Positions 62,764 to 64,000 of a stretch of DNA of 64,000 nt are shown here, one piece after another. The notes below the pieces were generated by a model that ran no database searches, was not told where the DNA came from, and saw nothing but the letters and a program-made list of their open reading frames with translations. The stretch is taken from contig JBHGNT010000012.1 in NCBI GenBank assembly GCA_043228905.1, positions 1,612,001 through 1,676,000 on the forward strand. The letters are read 5' to 3'. This DNA is from Azolla caroliniana (Eukaryota > Plantae > Polypodiophyta). How positions within the stretch are numbered: position 1 is the first letter of the stretch; every line of letters starts with the position of its first letter. The translations under genes and the position numbers were made by a program.

Positions 62764-64000
62764 TATGCTTCTGAATACTAAACTCTACTAGAGTTAGATT
62801 CTTTACATGGTATCAGAGCGTTAGGGTTAGAGATCCTTCACTGAGCTCTACCATTGAAACTGTGTGAGCAGCTAGAGATGTTGTTTTAAGACCTGCTATC
62901 GTCACTGCAGTTTTGCACAGCAAGAGGCTCACGTTAACAGGATCATACGAATCAAGCTAAATCAGAAAAATGAATGCACGGATGGGTAGCACACTTCCAA
63001 CAGAGAAGTTGGACAGGCACAACTACGCATCTTGGGAATATAAGATGCATCAATACCTAGTTGGGCAAGGGTATTGGAGTTATATCGAGGGAGCTCAAGA
63101 AACAGCCCCCAATAGTACAAATCCCAACTACCCCACATGGCAACAAGGCACCAGTAGGGTGATGTATTGTTTGGCAACATGTGTGCAAGATCGCATGTTA
63201 AGCTATATTCGTGATGCGAAATCCCCAACAGAAGTGTGGAAAAACTTGAAGAAGATTTTCGCGGCTTCAACCACAGCGAGAAAACTTCAACTCCGGCAGG
63301 AGTTGAACAATATTCAGCAGGGGGATATGTTCGTGACGGACTATACCCTCCAGATCAAAGACTTATGTGATTCACTTGGCTCCATCAATGTCGCAGTTGA
63401 TGATGACGAGATGGTGCATATCTGCCTTGGCGGCCTCACACAAAAATATGGCTCATTTCGAACTGCCATAACAACAAGGGAGAACCCCCCAAGCTTTTTC
63501 GACTTGCAATCCATGCTAATGGTTGAGGAGAACCATACACGGTCAAAAAGCACGGCATCTGATGAGCAGATGCTATATACACATGATGATCTCGGTCGAG
63601 GTCACGGTCATTTGTTGTGGAAATTGGGGGAGGAATGGCTGAGGAAGAGGTGGACGACGTCCACAACAGTTTAATTCCAGGCAGCAAGAAGGTCGAAACA
63701 GCCGAGGGAATTCGGGCAAAAAGGGGAGCTTCCACCAGCCTGCATCAACCAGGCAGAACCAGCAAACTGAGTGCTGGTATTGTGGAAAGCCTGGCCACTT
63801 TGAAGCCGAGTGTCAGAAGAAGAAGAATGACTCAGCTGCCTCACCCTGGCAGCAAACAAACTATGCTGTGATGGCTGACCTAGAAAACAAAGTGCCGATG
63901 TTTGTTATGCGACACCGGGCGAATAGCATGATAGCAAGTGTTTCCCAACCTGATGATGTATGGTTCGTGGACTCAGGTGCCTCAAATCACATAACAAGTC
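62425..64000 (+). mobile_element. Copia LTR retrotransposon, 5' part (LTR, PBS, gag, protease), running off the window
   Basis: LTR 62425-62807 (TG...CA, contains a (CT)n(CA)n tract). PBS tggtatcagagc at 62808. Gag from 62970 (KLDRHNYASWEYKM, LQLRQELNNIQQG). Knuckle CWYCGKPGHFEAEC at ~63772. Protease WFVDSGASNHIT at 63961. Frameshift near 63600-63680. Confidence 0.93.

Overview
Eukaryotic, plant-type nuclear DNA, most likely from a non-seed land plant such as a fern or lycophyte. That assignment is inferred from a class III-type formin, an RTEX-like LINE and long TE-filled introns. Two multi-exon genes lie on the minus strand, each running off a window edge. On the left (~920-6535) is a formin with a RhoGAP-like domain lacking the arginine finger, an FH1 domain and the start of FH2. 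On the right (47721-60638) are 27 exons of a VIH/VIP1-type PPIP5K inositol pyrophosphate kinase/phosphatase. Between them is a ~39-kb nest of transposable elements: an 8.4-kb Mutator-like element with TIRs inserted in a (TACA)n microsatellite, a Ulp1-protease remnant, Copia and Gypsy fragments, solo LTRs and L1 LINEs. The nest also holds an RTEX-like LINE split by a full-length Copia, a short LTR element carrying an HSP70 retrocopy, and a near-perfect 1.39-kb tandem amplification built around an LTR. The most unusual items are (1) a MULE transposase carrying an integrase-type HHCC zinc finger at its N-terminus, (2) an LTR with tRNA-Arg primer-binding sites on both sides, one of them bipartite around a hairpin, (3) the LTR-centred 755-bp duplication, and (4) strong CCGG enrichment in one Copia family. 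All calls were made by eye, with no database searches.
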